Shown one piece after another: positions 1-9,517 of a stretch of 64,000 bases of DNA; position 1 is the stretch's first letter; each line of letters starts with the position of its first letter. The notes under the pieces were generated by a model, which ran no database searches, was not told the origin of the DNA, and was given only the letters and a program-made list of their open reading frames with translations. Source of the stretch: Vulcanimicrobiota bacterium (lineage in GTDB: Bacteria > Vulcanimicrobiota > Vulcanimicrobiia > Vulcanimicrobiales > Vulcanimicrobiaceae); contig JAFAKB010000005.1 in assembly GCA_019235885.1 (NCBI GenBank), forward strand, positions 21,409-85,408, written 5' to 3'. The position numbers were made by a program, and so were the translations under genes.

Positions 1-1
1 C

Positions 2-2944
2 CGTTCGGAGAATCCCTCGAACGTCAACGTTCGGTATCTTTATGTGGATTCTAGTGACGCGCTCATGGCGCTCGACGACCCGACGTGGAAGATCCTGGGA
101 ACGAGCGTTCAGCTTCCGCAAACGAGCCAGCTCAAGATTAGCGGACTGAATCTCGGCGAGATCCTGGACACGGTCGGCGACTACCCTGGAATCGCGCCAT
201 GGATCGGAAACCGCGATCAACTCCGAGCCATCCTGAAGTCCGCCGATAGCGCGAGCGTCGTCGGCGGACAGAAACGCCGTCTCGGTCGCTTTCTGTTCGC
301 GTGCCGCGCGCAGCAGTTCCGCAGCCAAGTGCAGGCGCTCGTGAAGGAGATGCAAACCGGAGGGATCGCCAACGTCACGTTCCACTTCTTGTCGGGTTTG
401 GCCGGCGGAACGGGGAGCGGAAGCCTCGTTGACGCGGTTTGTCAGGTTCGGCAGATGTTCCCGACACCGAACTATCGCAATTTGATTTACGCGCTCCTTC
501 CCGATAAGCTGCCCGCCGCGAACCGGGCCGGCGCCAACTACCATGCCAACGGGTACGCCGCGCTCCTCGAACTCAACGCGCTCGACGTCGGCGAATATCT
601 TCCGTGGGACGTTTCCGGCACGTTGAAGACGCGTCTCGACCTTCAGGATTCCTTCAACTGTTGCTACCTGTTCACGGACGAGAACGAAGATCACAACAAA
701 GTCGACATCGACACCGAGCTGCCCGACATCGTGGCGGCGTTCTTGTTCCAGAAGATCGTCGCGACGCGCGACTTCCTCTGGAGCACGTCGGACGGTGACT
801 CGATCAAGCGCCAGGAACGCTTCGAGCTCGGAAGCCAAGCGGACGAGAAAGAGCGTGCTCCGGCTAGCGGTAAGCCGGAGCGCACCCGCCGCTTCTTCAC
901 CTTTGGCGTAAAGCAGATCGCATACCCGGAGGAAGAGATCCGCGAGTATCTCACCTACTCGTTCGCGCAGCAAGCGGTTCTTCAGCTCGAGTACAACAAT
1001 TGGACCGACGCCTTCGGCTATGTCGACCAGCCGGTGAACACGAGCTTTGCCGAGTTCGTGCGGAATCCCGAGATGGAATTGCGCTGGTCGATCGGTGATG
1101 ACGCGCTCATGCTCTCGACCGGTGTGCTTCCCGACGAAAAAAAGAACTCCAAGTGGAAGCCGATCCAGAAATACTGGCTCGACATCATTCCTAACTTCAA
1201 AAGCACCGTCGTCGAGATCGCCAAGGGGAACCAGGCGAGCTGGATCGACGAGCTTATGAAGATGTGCGAAACCGCATACTCGGACAACTATCGTGACCTC
1301 GGCGTGCAGAAGTTCTACGAGGTCAAGCGCGGCGAGATCGTAGACCACGTTCGAGAGATCCGCCGCATCATTGAATCGGACTTGTTCACCGACTGGAAGA
1401 ATGGAGTCCGCTCGATCTCGGAAGTCTCCCAAGTCATCGCGGCCTTGGTGAAGTGGCTCGACGAGAAAGCGGCGCGCTTCGACGAGCGCGCCACGAAGAC
1501 GTCGGGCTTGATCAAGGACGCCGAGCAGCGCGTGCAGAGCGATGCGAGGCAGTGGGCCGCGGTCGGAATGGTCGGGAAGCTGCTCGGCCGGCGACAACGG
1601 CTCTTCGACGACGAAGCCGTGAACCTGCAACAGCTCTACACGTACCGCACGATCCTGCAGGCCAGCTCATTCGCGAAATCGCTCCTGCAATCGCTCTCTG
1701 CCGCGATCAACGATTTGGCCGCAGACGTGAACGCCGCCGCAAGCACAATATCCCAGGCCTTCGCGGAGTTCGGCAAGGACCTTGCGGCTCGACTCGTCGA
1801 CGACGGCGACGACGACACGCGGGCTCTCGTGATCCGCTTCTACAAGCCGGATGTCGTCAAGGACTTCGCAAAGGCTCTGACGCGCAACGAGGACGAGCAG
1901 AAGGTTCAGACGACCGCGGTCCGAGTCGCGCTCGCGGCGCTCGTCGCCGACAACCTCTCGTTCGCGGTCTTCAATCAGCGGGTCGACGCTCAGCGGTTCC
2001 AAGATATCGTCGCCGCGACGTGTGAGGAACAGGCGCTCCAGGCGCATGAGGCTTACATCAGCAGTAACAAAGACCGGGAGCGCGTGCTCGGGGTGAGCAT
2101 CGTCGAGCGCCTTCAGAAGGAGTACGGGGGAAACCGTGAGTCGTTGCGCGCCTACGTGACCGGAATCGTATCGCGCGCAAAGAACTTCATCGTGTTCAAC
2201 CCCGCCGAAGTGACGCGCGTCGTACCCGGAAACGAGAGTTTGGGACCGATGTTCTCGTTTTCGACGATCATCTTGCCGGAAGCGGCCAACCAAGCCGAGT
2301 TCCGCAAGATCCTCGAAGAAGAGTTTGTCAACGCTCGTCCGGGCCAGAAAGAGATCGTCACCAACCCGAAGCGGCCGAACGAAATCACCCTCATCAACGT
2401 CACGAGCGCGTTCCCCGCGCGCGACGTTCAAGACGTCTCCTTTCTGCGCGACAAATACGACGCGCGCGTCGGCGCGACCGACGGCGACCAAGCGCGCTTC
2501 GAGCTCCATTCGGAAGGCGACGGAACGCAGTTCCCGAGCCTGTTCCTGCGCAAGATCGGACCGTCGGAGATTCTCCCGGAGCTGCTGCTCGCTTCGGCGC
2601 TTTCGATCGTTCAGACGCTTGAGGACCCGGATACCGGCCGGAAGGGTGTCTACCTGATGCGGAACGATGCCCAGGGCCGCGAGGCGCCGCCGCTCTCGCT
2701 GGGAAAATCGCTCACCGACGCGGTCGATGCGCTGGACGCGCTCTCGTTCGACGCACTTGAAACGCAGATTCGCGGCTTGCTCGCCCGCGACTTCCTGCAC
2801 CAGGCGAAACGCGCCGAGCTGCTGGCGAACGTCGGTGCGCAAGTCGACGCGGTGAAGACCGAGCGGCCCAACCCGCTCGACAAGACGCGACAGGCGTACA
2901 TCGCTGCGCAAGCGCGCGTAGAGGATCTGCTGAAAGGAAACTGA
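2..2944 (+). CDS. Giant tubulin/FtsZ-superfamily protein (tubulin-like domain plus ~800-aa helical C-terminal region); 5' end cut by window edge
   Basis: Frame is open from nt 2 (no stop before the GTG at 44), so the N-terminus lies outside the window. Tubulin signature GGTGSG at nt 404-421 (FHFLSGLAGGTGSGSLVDAV). Long Ala/Leu/Gln-rich helical remainder. Confidence 0.75.
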   Translation, partial: RSENPSNVNVRYLYVDSSDALMALDDPTWKILGTSVQLPQTSQLKISGLNLGEILDTVGDYPGIAPWIGNRDQLRAILKSADSASVVGGQKRRLGRFLFACRAQQFRSQVQALVKEMQTGGIANVTFHFLSGLAGGTGSGSLVDAVCQVRQMFPTPNYRNLIYALLPDKLPAANRAGANYHANGYAALLELNALDVGEYLPWDVSGTLKTRLDLQDSFNCCYLFTDENEDHNKVDIDTELPDIVAAFLFQKIVATRDFLWSTSDGDSIKRQERFELGSQADEKERAPASGKPERTRRFFTFGVKQIAYPEEEIREYLTYSFAQQAVLQLEYNNWTDAFGYVDQPVNTSFAEFVRNPEMELRWSIGDDALMLSTGVLPDEKKNSKWKPIQKYWLDIIPNFKSTVVEIAKGNQASWIDELMKMCETAYSDNYRDLGVQKFYEVKRGEIVDHVREIRRIIESDLFTDWKNGVRSISEVSQVIAALVKWLDEKAARFDERATKTSGLIKDAEQRVQSDARQWAAVGMVGKLLGRRQRLFDDEAVNLQQLYTYRTILQASSFAKSLLQSLSAAINDLAADVNAAASTISQAFAEFGKDLAARLVDDGDDDTRALVIRFYKPDVVKDFAKALTRNEDEQKVQTTAVRVALAALVADNLSFAVFNQRVDAQRFQDIVAATCEEQALQAHEAYISSNKDRERVLGVSIVERLQKEYGGNRESLRAYVTGIVSRAKNFIVFNPAEVTRVVPGNESLGPMFSFSTIILPEAANQAEFRKILEEEFVNARPGQKEIVTNPKRPNEITLINVTSAFPARDVQDVSFLRDKYDARVGATDGDQARFELHSEGDGTQFPSLFLRKIGPSEILPELLLASALSIVQTLEDPDTGRKGVYLMRNDAQGREAPPLSLGKSLTDAVDALDALSFDALETQIRGLLARDFLHQAKRAELLANVGAQVDAVKTERPNPLDKTRQAYIAAQARVEDLLKGN

Positions 2945-4503
2945 TGGCATCGAAGTACGGGCGCTGTACAAATTTCGGCAGCTGCACGAAGGCGGACACG
3001 AAAGAGCAGATTCCGGTTGGTGGTCCCGATGCGGTATGCCCCGAATGCGGCAAACCGCTCACGCCGGTCGCGGCACCGTCGCGCGGATTTGCAGGGATCG
3101 GAATCGTCATTCTGCTCGGACTTGTCGTCGTCATCGTCGCCGGCTTCGTTTACCTTCGCGGAGGCAAAGGCAGCACCGCAGCGACGCCGGCACCGGTCGC
3201 ACAGGCGTCCACGCCGGGAGCAGCGGCGCCAGGGGCGCCGGCCTCGACGACGGCGATGCGGCTCTGCGGCTCAAACACGATCGGCTCTCAGCTCGGGCCC
3301 GAGCTCATAAAAGGCTATCTCACGAAGCGAGGTGGCACGCAGATCGCCCAGCGGGACGACGGTCAGGATCAGCGCGTGGTCACCGCATCCCTCGGGGGAG
3401 CGGAGCAGCAGGTTCCGATCGCGGCGCACGGCTCGGCGACCGCGTTTACCGGACTATTGGCAAACGCGTGCGACATCGGGATGGCGTCTCGCGCCATCAA
3501 GCCGGCCGAGGCTAGGCGCTTGCGCTCGCTGGGAGACATGACGTCTCGCGCGAACGAGCACGTCATCGGGCTGGACGGCATTGCGGTCATCGTTAATCCG
3601 GCAAACCCGGTCGACGCGCTGACCATCGACCAGCTCAGAAAGATTTATACAGGCGCCGTTGGCGACTGGAAGGGCGTCGGCGGAAAACCCGGTAGGATCA
3701 CGGTGTACGCCCGCGACGCGAAGTCCGGGACCTACGACACGTTCAGCAACCTTGTGCTGGGGAAAGCCGCGCTCATCGGTTCGGCGAAGCGCTTCGAGGA
3801 TAGCCGCACGCTGGCGGAAGCGGTGTCGCGGAATCCGAGCGCGATCGGTTTCGTCGGGCTTCCGTATGCCACGGGAGCGAAGGCGCTCAAGGTCGCGTCC
3901 GGAGGAATCGCGATCTTGCCCAACTCCCTGACGGTCGGGCGCGAAACCTATCCGCTGACACGGCGGCTCTACCTGTATACCGCGGCGAACCCGAGCAACG
4001 CCCAAGTGCGGCCGTTCATTGATTACGTCCAGTCCTCCGACGGGCAGCGAATCGTTGAGCAGAACGGATTTGTCGGCAGCATCATCGACGCCGTGTCCGC
4101 GAGCGCGCCCCCCGTGAGCGTGCCTGCCGGCGCTCCGCGCGAGTATGCGAACATCGTGCGCACCAGCGAACAGCTTCCGTTCAACTTTTACTTCCGTACC
4201 GGAAGCGACGTCCTCGATAACAAGGCGTTTGTCGACGTCGGCCGACTTGTTTCGATCGCCGGACTCAAACGCAACGCCGGACGCAAGGTGATTCTTGTTG
4301 GCTTCGCCGACAGCACCGGGACGCACGATGCGAACCTCGTTCTATCGAAGGGGCGGGCGGAGTCCGTCAGGCGTGAGCTGATCTCACAAGGCGTTGAAGT
4401 CAAGCGGGCCACCGGCTTCGGCGATGCGCTTCCGATTCGAGACAACGCGACTGAGGATGGTCGTCAAAAGAATCGCCGAGTCGAGATCTTCCTTTCCCGC
4501 TGA
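2944..4503 (+). CDS. Zn-ribbon / single TM / PstS-like (PBP type 2) phosphate-binding domain / OmpA C-like domain protein
   Basis: ATG overlaps the upstream stop (ATGA at 2941-2944). N-terminal CxxxxxC..CPEC ribbon and a hydrophobic helix (GIGIVILLGLVVVIVAGFVYL). PstS-like motifs (GSNTIG, AHGSATAF, LTIDQLRKIYTG..WKGVGG, AKSGTYDTF). OmpA-like end (VGFADSTG..NLVLSKGRAESV..NRRVEIFL). Confidence 0.85.
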   Translation: MASKYGRCTNFGSCTKADTKEQIPVGGPDAVCPECGKPLTPVAAPSRGFAGIGIVILLGLVVVIVAGFVYLRGGKGSTAATPAPVAQASTPGAAAPGAPASTTAMRLCGSNTIGSQLGPELIKGYLTKRGGTQIAQRDDGQDQRVVTASLGGAEQQVPIAAHGSATAFTGLLANACDIGMASRAIKPAEARRLRSLGDMTSRANEHVIGLDGIAVIVNPANPVDALTIDQLRKIYTGAVGDWKGVGGKPGRITVYARDAKSGTYDTFSNLVLGKAALIGSAKRFEDSRTLAEAVSRNPSAIGFVGLPYATGAKALKVASGGIAILPNSLTVGRETYPLTRRLYLYTAANPSNAQVRPFIDYVQSSDGQRIVEQNGFVGSIIDAVSASAPPVSVPAGAPREYANIVRTSEQLPFNFYFRTGSDVLDNKAFVDVGRLVSIAGLKRNAGRKVILVGFADSTGTHDANLVLSKGRAESVRRELISQGVEVKRATGFGDALPIRDNATEDGRQKNRRVEIFLSR

Positions 4504-4723
4504 TCGCCGAGACGATCGGCGATGCTAGATCGAAAAGGCTGTCCACCCGCAAAAGCGCGGGCTCCGATCTTCCACGACATCCTGAGTCGGAAGCTGTCCG
4601 GCGCTCGCGGGGTTGAGAGCCCTTCAGCCCTTTGGTGGACGCGGCGGTTGAGCCGGTTTCCAGCCCTCGTGCAGCTGACTGCTCGTCGGTGGCGGCGGCG
4701 GTACGGCTGACGTCGGTTGCGGC

Positions 4724-5557
4724 TTATCGGACATCTTGCTGCTCCTCACAGGAGGCCTTGAAGGCGGTCCCCGTATGAAACGAACCGCTCTGTACCCTAC
4801 AGTTTACCACAGCTTTGCCGGGGACGTGCCCCTCGAGATGGCTGCCGAAGTGGACTAGGATTGCAAAGACCGCCAGCATGAGCGAGCCCTGAGCAACCGT
4901 CCAGGCAACCGGATCGAATCGTCGTCGACGGGCCAGATCGATCGACGCACGATTGTATTCTTCGGCCAAACTCAGAGCGATATGGAACCGCGACTTCGAT
5001 ACATACGCCGTCAAAGGAGATACATATGCCGATGTGCTCGGATGCAATCGAAACTTCGTACGAACCAGATACAGGCAGCAAAGGACGGCACCGAATGCGG
5101 CTATGATCGCCAAGAAAAGGAAAGGTCCTGGGTCGACGTGCGATTTATCACCTCGGGCGTTACCGAACACCGTCAGTAGTCCAGCGCCACCGGCAAGAAA
5201 TCCAGTTAGCCAGGTCGCCTTACCTTCGATTCTTTCATTACTCGCCACCCAGCCATCGTATTCGCGACGAGATTCTTCAAGAAGGAATAGAGCCGTATCT
5301 GGTTCGTCGTCAGGGAATGCAGGATACAGAGACCAGAGCTCTTCGGCTGCCTCAGCGCGCTCCTGAGCCGTAGGCGTCGCAACGGGTAAGCTGTCGCGAC
5401 TTTGGCGCCAGAACGCCCAAAGCGCTGCAACGAATCCCGCCAGGCCGAGAAAGGTTGGTACCAACCCCGTCCCGATTGCAACAACCGTTTTCATCTCCAA
5501 CCCCGTTGCTCCGACCGCCATCGGAGCCATTGTGGCGCTGCAGCGTGCCAACGTCAT
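4724..5557 (-). CDS. Hypothetical polytopic membrane protein (lower-G+C islet)
   Basis: ORF with about 4 hydrophobic helices (VVAIGTGLVPTFLGLAGFVAALWAF; WLTGFLAGGAGLLTVF; FLFLAIIAAFGAVLCCLYLV; GSLMLAVFAILVHF). G+C is visibly lower than the flanks. Start uncertain (M1, M10 or M23). Confidence 0.55.
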   Translation of the reverse strand: MTLARCSATMAPMAVGATGLEMKTVVAIGTGLVPTFLGLAGFVAALWAFWRQSRDSLPVATPTAQERAEAAEELWSLYPAFPDDEPDTALFLLEESRREYDGWVASNERIEGKATWLTGFLAGGAGLLTVFGNARGDKSHVDPGPFLFLAIIAAFGAVLCCLYLVRTKFRLHPSTSAYVSPLTAYVSKSRFHIALSLAEEYNRASIDLARRRRFDPVAWTVAQGSLMLAVFAILVHFGSHLEGHVPGKAVVNCRVQSGSFHTGTAFKASCEEQQDVR

Positions 5558-5628
5558 GGCATTGTTCGTCGCTGAACGAGCCGAAAGAGCTTACCTTGCC
5601 CTCACGATCGCAAGCGTGTCACGAGGTG

Positions 5629-8600
5629 CTACGTTGTGAGGGCCTTCCACGCGCGCAGCGCGACTTCGGTCTCCGCGCGGAGCTTGATCCACCTCGTGCG
5701 TTCCGCCGGCGTCGGTGCGGTGTCGGCGCTTTCGACCGAATCGAAGAGATCGCCGAGCGCGCCGGCGTACCAGCGCAGCGTCGTGAACCTGCTCGGCGGC
5801 GAGCCGACGGAGTTGCGCGGGTCTTCCGCCGGCGGCTTGCCGGCAATGGCATCAATGCGCGCGACGTTCGCGCCCGTTTTGGCCCGCGCGCGGCCGGCCT
5901 CGTCGATCGCCGCTTGCACGCGGGCGAGAAGCGCATCGACGTTGCGAGCGAGCGCGTACTGCGCGACAAGGCCCGCATCGCTCGCGCGGATGCGCGGATC
6001 GCGGCGTATGACGAGCGGCTGCGTCAGCGTGTGATCGCCGATCGTCATACGGACCATGTAGCGCCCGGGCGGGACGAAAGGACCGGCGCCGCCGCGACGG
6101 CGGCGGCCGCTCGCAATTGACGCGGCATGGAAATCCCAGGCGAAGCGGTGCATGCCGGGTTCCGCGGACGGACGCGGCTTCGGTGCGACCCAGTACGACG
6201 GGTACGGCGGGGGAGCGGCCTTCGGATCCGACGCCGCATCGCTGCTAGCGTATGCGCGCAGCACGTTGCCGGTCGCGTCGGCGATCTCAAGCCGAACCGG
6301 TCCGCTCGCGCCGGGCGGGACGACGTAGTCGATCAGCGCGCCGTACGGTGGGTTCTCACCCATCGGAACTTCGGGCGGCGAGGCTTCGGCTTCGTCGTTG
6401 TACGGGCGGAGCCGCACTACGTCGCGCGGCGCGAACAGCCGCGCGCCCGGCGCTGCGTTCGCCGCCAGCTGCCGCAGCGGCGAGACGTCGTCGAGGATCC
6501 AGAACGCGCGCCCGTGGGTCGCGAGCGCGAGGTCACCGTCGTGGACGATCAGATCGTGCACCGAGACGTGCGGCATGTTCAACTTCAGCGACTGCCACGA
6601 GGCGCCGTCGTCGAACGAGACGTACACGCCTGTCTCCGTGCCGGCGTATAGGAGCCCGCGCCGCTGCGGATCCTCGCGCACGACGTAGACGAAGCTGTCG
6701 GCTGCGATGCCGCTCGAGGCGCTGCGCCAGGTGCGCCCGCCGTCGTGCGTGACGTAAACGTATGGATGGTCGTCGTCGAGCCGGTGGCGGTCCACGGCGA
6801 CGTACGCGCTCCCCGGATCGAAACGCGACGCCTCGATCGTGTCAACGTGGCTCCAAGGCGTGAGCGCGGGCGGCGTGACGTTGCGCCAGCTGCGGCCGCC
6901 GTCATTCGTCACCTGTACGAGGCCATCGTCTGTTCCGGCCCACACGAGGTTCGCGCGCAGCGGCGAGGGCGCGAGCGCGTAGACGACGCCGCGCGGTTCC
7001 GGCGTGTCGGCGTCCTTCGCGGTCGGCGGATCGAGCGTCGCGGGGACGCCGGCGTGCCGGCGGGTGAGATCGCCGGAAATCTGCTGCCAGTGCCCGCCGC
7101 GGTCGCGCGAGCGGAACACGACTTGGTTCGCGGTGTACAGCGCGTGATCGGGGCCGAACGCCATCGGCTGCGTCCACTCGGCGCGCCACACGCCGGGGAG
7201 CCCGGTCGTCGGCGCGAGCGAGCGCGTCTGTGCCGTGCGCAAGTCCTCGCGCACGACCGGATTGTTGCCGTACGCGTCGTTCGGGTCGCGCGGATCGACC
7301 GCGATCGAGCCGCTCTCGCCGCCGGCGCCGATCGGGCGCCAGTCGCGCTCTTCGATGCCGCTGTGCGCGCTGCGCGAGACGATCATCGCCGCGCCGCTGT
7401 CCTGCTGCGCGCCGAACAGATGATACGGGAACGCGTCGTCGGCGACGACGTGATAGAACTGGCCCGTCGGCTGGTTGAACCACGAGCTCCATGTCTCGCC
7501 GCGATCGAGGCTGACCGATGCGCCTTGATCGCTGCTGAGCGCCATGCGCGCGGGGTCGGTGGGGTCGATCCACAAGCCTTGAAAGTCGTCGCCGTCGGGC
7601 GAGCCTTTGATCGCGGTGAAGGTCTTGCCGCCGTCACTCGAGCGGTACATCGCCGTGTCGGCGACGTAGACGACGTCGGGATTCTTCGGGTCGACGGTGA
7701 CGTGGCAGAAGTACCAGCCGCGCTCCCAGATGCGCTTGTCCTTGCTCATCGGCGTCCAGCTCGCGCCGCCGTCGTCGCTGCGGTAGAGGCCGCCGTCCTT
7801 CGCGTCGACGATCGCGTAGACGCGGTTCGGCTCGCTCGGCGCGACCGCGAGCCCGATCTTGCCGAGGTCGTCGGCCGGGAAGCCGTGGCCGGTGAGGTGG
7901 TTCCACGTCACCCCGCCGTCGGTCGATTTGTAGAGGCCGCTTCCCGGCCCGTTCGAGGGCGGATAGACGCTCCACGGCGGACGCCGCGTCTGCCACAGCG
8001 AGGCGTACACCGTGCGCATCGACGGATCGCTCGCGAGATCGATCGCGCCGGTGTCGCGGTCGTGAAAGAGCGTCGGCGCCCAGTTCGCCCCGCCGTCGGT
8101 GGAGCGGTAGACGCCGCGCATCTCGTTCGGCCCGTACGCGTGCCCGAGCGCTGCGACGAGCAGCGTCTTCGGATCCTTCGGATCGACGAGGATGCGGCCG
8201 ATCTGGCGCGAGTCTTCGAGCCCGATCCGCGTCCAGTGCGCGCCCGCGTCGGTCGAGCGGTACATCCCGTTGCCGTGGATGATGTCGGAGCGCATGTCCG
8301 CCTCGCCGCTCCCCACGTACACCGTGTTCGGATCGCTGGGCGCGACGGCGATCGCACCGATCGACGCGACCGGCTCTTCGTCGAACACCGGCTTCCACGC
8401 CGCGCCGGCGCTTGTCGTCTTCCACACCCCGCCGCCGACCGCCCCGAAATAGAACGTGCGCGGATCGCCCGCGACGCCGCTCACCGCAACCGCGCGCCCA
8501 CCGCGAAACGGCCCGATGTTCCGCCAATGCAGCCCGGCGTACAGCACGGGGTCTACGGATCGCGCGCTCGGCGCGCTAAGCGCCGCGGAGCCAAGCGGTA

Positions 8601-8649
8601 CGGCGAGGGCAAGCGCGGCGAGGGCGGCGATGTTGAGACGAGGGCGCAT
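5629..8649 (-). CDS. Secreted BNR/Asp-box repeat protein (sortilin/VPS10-like, glycosyl-hydrolase-like beta-propellers)
   Basis: About ten SxDxGxxW Asp-boxes (STDAGAHWT, STDGGANWA, STDGGVTWN, SDDGGASWT, SRDRGGHWQ, TNDGGRSWR, THDGGRTWR, SFDDGASWQ). Signal peptide follows the internal Met (MRPRLNIAALAALALAVPLGSA), so the start is placed at 8649. Confidence 0.85.
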   Translation of the reverse strand: MRPRLNIAALAALALAVPLGSAALSAPSARSVDPVLYAGLHWRNIGPFRGGRAVAVSGVAGDPRTFYFGAVGGGVWKTTSAGAAWKPVFDEEPVASIGAIAVAPSDPNTVYVGSGEADMRSDIIHGNGMYRSTDAGAHWTRIGLEDSRQIGRILVDPKDPKTLLVAALGHAYGPNEMRGVYRSTDGGANWAPTLFHDRDTGAIDLASDPSMRTVYASLWQTRRPPWSVYPPSNGPGSGLYKSTDGGVTWNHLTGHGFPADDLGKIGLAVAPSEPNRVYAIVDAKDGGLYRSDDGGASWTPMSKDKRIWERGWYFCHVTVDPKNPDVVYVADTAMYRSSDGGKTFTAIKGSPDGDDFQGLWIDPTDPARMALSSDQGASVSLDRGETWSSWFNQPTGQFYHVVADDAFPYHLFGAQQDSGAAMIVSRSAHSGIEERDWRPIGAGGESGSIAVDPRDPNDAYGNNPVVREDLRTAQTRSLAPTTGLPGVWRAEWTQPMAFGPDHALYTANQVVFRSRDRGGHWQQISGDLTRRHAGVPATLDPPTAKDADTPEPRGVVYALAPSPLRANLVWAGTDDGLVQVTNDGGRSWRNVTPPALTPWSHVDTIEASRFDPGSAYVAVDRHRLDDDHPYVYVTHDGGRTWRSASSGIAADSFVYVVREDPQRRGLLYAGTETGVYVSFDDGASWQSLKLNMPHVSVHDLIVHDGDLALATHGRAFWILDDVSPLRQLAANAAPGARLFAPRDVVRLRPYNDEAEASPPEVPMGENPPYGALIDYVVPPGASGPVRLEIADATGNVLRAYASSDAASDPKAAPPPYPSYWVAPKPRPSAEPGMHRFAWDFHAASIASGRRRRGGAGPFVPPGRYMVRMTIGDHTLTQPLVIRRDPRIRASDAGLVAQYALARNVDALLARVQAAIDEAGRARAKTGANVARIDAIAGKPPAEDPRNSVGSPPSRFTTLRWYAGALGDLFDSVESADTAPTPAERTRWIKLRAETEVALRAWKALTT

Positions 8650-8760
8650 CCCACGAGTGGCAGCCGGGTCGTCCGACCGGTACTTCACACATGGGATTTG
8701 CGACACGTCTGCGCTGAAGCCTTTGGCGGCTTGCTTTCGTCGTCGCCAGCGCCGACTCTC

Positions 8761-9375
8761 TTATAGCGCGTGTGCCGCGATGCGAGGAGTCTTTAGAACG
8801 TTGCCGTGTCCGGTACGCACGACGTGAGGACGCGCCTTTCTGGTCCTCCGCGGGACGTACGACGCTTCAGCAGCGAGCGCCGCCGCGCCGGCCACGTCGA
8901 CGACCGCGGCACGAGCCTCGATCTCTTCGAAAACGCTCCGTTCGTGCAGCTGAACGCGGTCGTCCCCGGCGAGACTGCTGACCGCTTTCGCCGCCGCGGC
9001 GTCGACGAGGTCGCGGTCGCGGACCTGAACGGCGATACCGACCAATACTTGATCGCGCATTTGAACGGCCACGTCAATGACCAGTTCCCGTGACGGGTCG
9101 GTCCCATTCTGGATTCCGGCCAGGTCGGACGCGATCGTGGTCGCGCCCACGACGTCGACAATTAACTCGCTGTCATTCGCTTCAACGCGCGAGGCGAAGA
9201 CCAAAGGGCGTTCGACCTGCCGCAAGACGGGCCGTTCGCACGTGGAGCAGCGTCTTTCGACCGCAACGCTTCGGACGTATCCGTACCGCGGTCCATGTAC
9301 ATCTTCCGTAGCGCTTGCAGGCGCGAGCATGCATGAACACGTCGTGCCATCGCGCTGACTCACCCGGTAGTTCAT
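8761..9375 (-). CDS. Hypothetical protein with N-terminal Zn-ribbon-like CxC..CxxC motif
   Basis: Only sizeable ORF in the 8.76-9.4 kb gap. Asp/Val-rich body. No family recognised. Somewhat lower G+C. Confidence 0.3.
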   Translation of the reverse strand: MNYRVSQRDGTTCSCMLAPASATEDVHGPRYGYVRSVAVERRCSTCERPVLRQVERPLVFASRVEANDSELIVDVVGATTIASDLAGIQNGTDPSRELVIDVAVQMRDQVLVGIAVQVRDRDLVDAAAAKAVSSLAGDDRVQLHERSVFEEIEARAAVVDVAGAAALAAEASYVPRRTRKARPHVVRTGHGNVLKTPRIAAHAL

Positions 9376-9517
9376 GAGTAAAGATTCGGAAAACGATTTC
9401 AGGCGCTAAAGCCGCTGGGTCTGGGCTACGCTCGACCGGGCGGCCGTGTCGTCGGGTCTAACGGGGTACCATTCGCTGCTCTGTGCCGGGTGTTCACAAG
9501 CGCTCGGCCAAAAAGCC

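Noticed and set aside
6745-8766. 673-aa plus-strand ORF (and similar ones at 6902-7573 and 7634-8527) opposite the BNR-repeat gene
   Set aside because: Arg/Ala/Pro/Gly-dominated low-complexity translation with no motifs. It is entirely antisense to an ORF with about ten clean Asp-box repeats, which is typical of shadow ORFs in G+C-rich DNA.
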